DNA from: Macrostomum lignano
Taxonomy: Eukaryota
Assembly (NCBI GenBank): GCA_002269645.1
Contig: NIVC01000483.1
Location: 1-64,000 of the forward strand
Length of the DNA stretch: 64,000 bases
Direction: 5' to 3'
Positions 63,601 to 64,000 of the stretch are shown here, piece by piece. The first letter of the stretch is position 1; every line of letters begins with the position of its first letter. The notes beneath the pieces are model-generated. The model saw only the letters and a program-made list of their open reading frames with translations. It made no database searches and was not told the DNA's origin. The position numbers were made by a program, and so were the translations under genes.

Positions 63601-63968
63601 GCTGCCGGACTGTGCCGACCGATGGTATTCGAGAGAATTTCAACAGATTTTCTACCGAATTCGATGGCGACTTGAAGCAGTTCAACTGGCAGGATGGCGG
63701 GGTTCGCTAGGCGAGCAGCTTGGGCTAGATTAGTCATCAAGGAGGCAGCGTTGGGATGCTGAGATGCCGACTCGCCAGAGCTCATTCTGACTGCGGCTAG
63801 AGAAGCTTCCACGTGAGCGACAACTTCTTGGGGCTCCGCAGTTGCACCCTGACCGCGGCGGCTGCGATGACGGAGCCGTAGAAGCTGCGCCAACGACAGG
63901 TGCGACTGGACTTCGGCTAGTAGCGGGTGCTGGTAGCCCAGGATGAGCTGAGCGAATAAAGATGCGTT
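54621..63968 (-). CDS. Multi-exon gene: TPR-like helical repeats fused to four tandem Rab-type GTPase domains (5' end beyond window)
   Basis: Exons 5'->3': 63968-63439, 62656-62249, 61804-61707, 61616-61436, 61014-60695, 60555-60446, 60365-60185, 59137-58811, 58582-58419, 57700-57524, 57031-56475, 56261-56087, 55233-54621. All GT-AG and phase-compatible after restoring 1 nt at ~60775 and 1 nt at ~57622; >=1280 aa. G1 motifs [32 protein letters not shown], each followed by WDTAG and NKxD. Confidence 0.8.
55262..56040. repeat. 18-bp C-rich minisatellite in Rab-domain-4 intron
   Basis: (CACCCACCTCACTCCCYG)n; source of spurious P/H/T-rich ORFs. Confidence 0.9.
56320..56442. repeat. ~21-bp intronic tandem repeat
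   Basis: (TTTGGCGCCATTTGTGTCTAG)n. Confidence 0.8.
57085..57400. repeat. 14-bp intronic minisatellite
   Basis: (ATCCAGGTGTTATG)n. Confidence 0.85.
57733..58380. repeat. C-rich intronic minisatellite with CACCCACCTCACTC core
   Basis: (CACCCACCTCACTCC[A/G]CA)n. Confidence 0.9.
58630..58760. repeat. ~22-bp degenerate intronic tandem repeat
   Basis: (GTTGTGTTGCTATGGGGATGAA)n. Confidence 0.7.
59175..60140. repeat. 22-bp intronic minisatellite with two alternating variants
   Basis: GTCTAACAGGTGTGAGGCCTCT / GTCTAACAGGTGTGAAGCCCCA. Confidence 0.9.
61040..61400. repeat. 47-bp intronic minisatellite
   Basis: (GGAAGGGGTAGAGATTGAATGGGTTGATAAGAGACAAGTGTACATTT)n. Confidence 0.9.
61835..62175. repeat. 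21-bp intronic minisatellite
   Basis: (CCGAACTAGACACGTTCTTAA)n. Confidence 0.9.
62775..63425. repeat. Degenerate intronic minisatellite
   Basis: CAGACTCAAAATCT-core units. Confidence 0.85.
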
Positions 63969-64000
63969 CTGGAATTTGATGGATAGGAAATTTATTAAAT

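Overview
Eukaryotic (animal) genomic DNA with spliceosomal GT-AG genes, GC-rich exons and minisatellite-filled introns. The style suggests a free-living flatworm such as Macrostomum (inference, not verified). Contents in order: 5' part of a cytochrome P450 gene (-), a multi-exon MFS transporter (+), a cluster of six related secreted 'Cys-rich N-module + LamG/ConA-like jelly-roll' genes and gene fragments among decayed retroelements and MITEs (10.9-36.5 kb), a divergent SLC1/EAAT-family transporter (+), beta-TrCP/slimb (+), and a long minus-strand gene entering from the right edge. Main discoveries: (1) manual splicing joins TPR-like helical repeats and FOUR tandem Rab-type GTPase domains into one phase-consistent 13-exon reading frame of at least ~1,280 aa with no prenylation motif; (2) the LamG-family genes are mosaics with alternative N-terminal cassettes, a ~99% identical central block (kept even in pseudogenes) and hypervariable C-terminal loops. 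Scattered single-base deletions in otherwise intact genes look like long-read consensus errors. All calls come from reading the sequence by eye; no searches were run.
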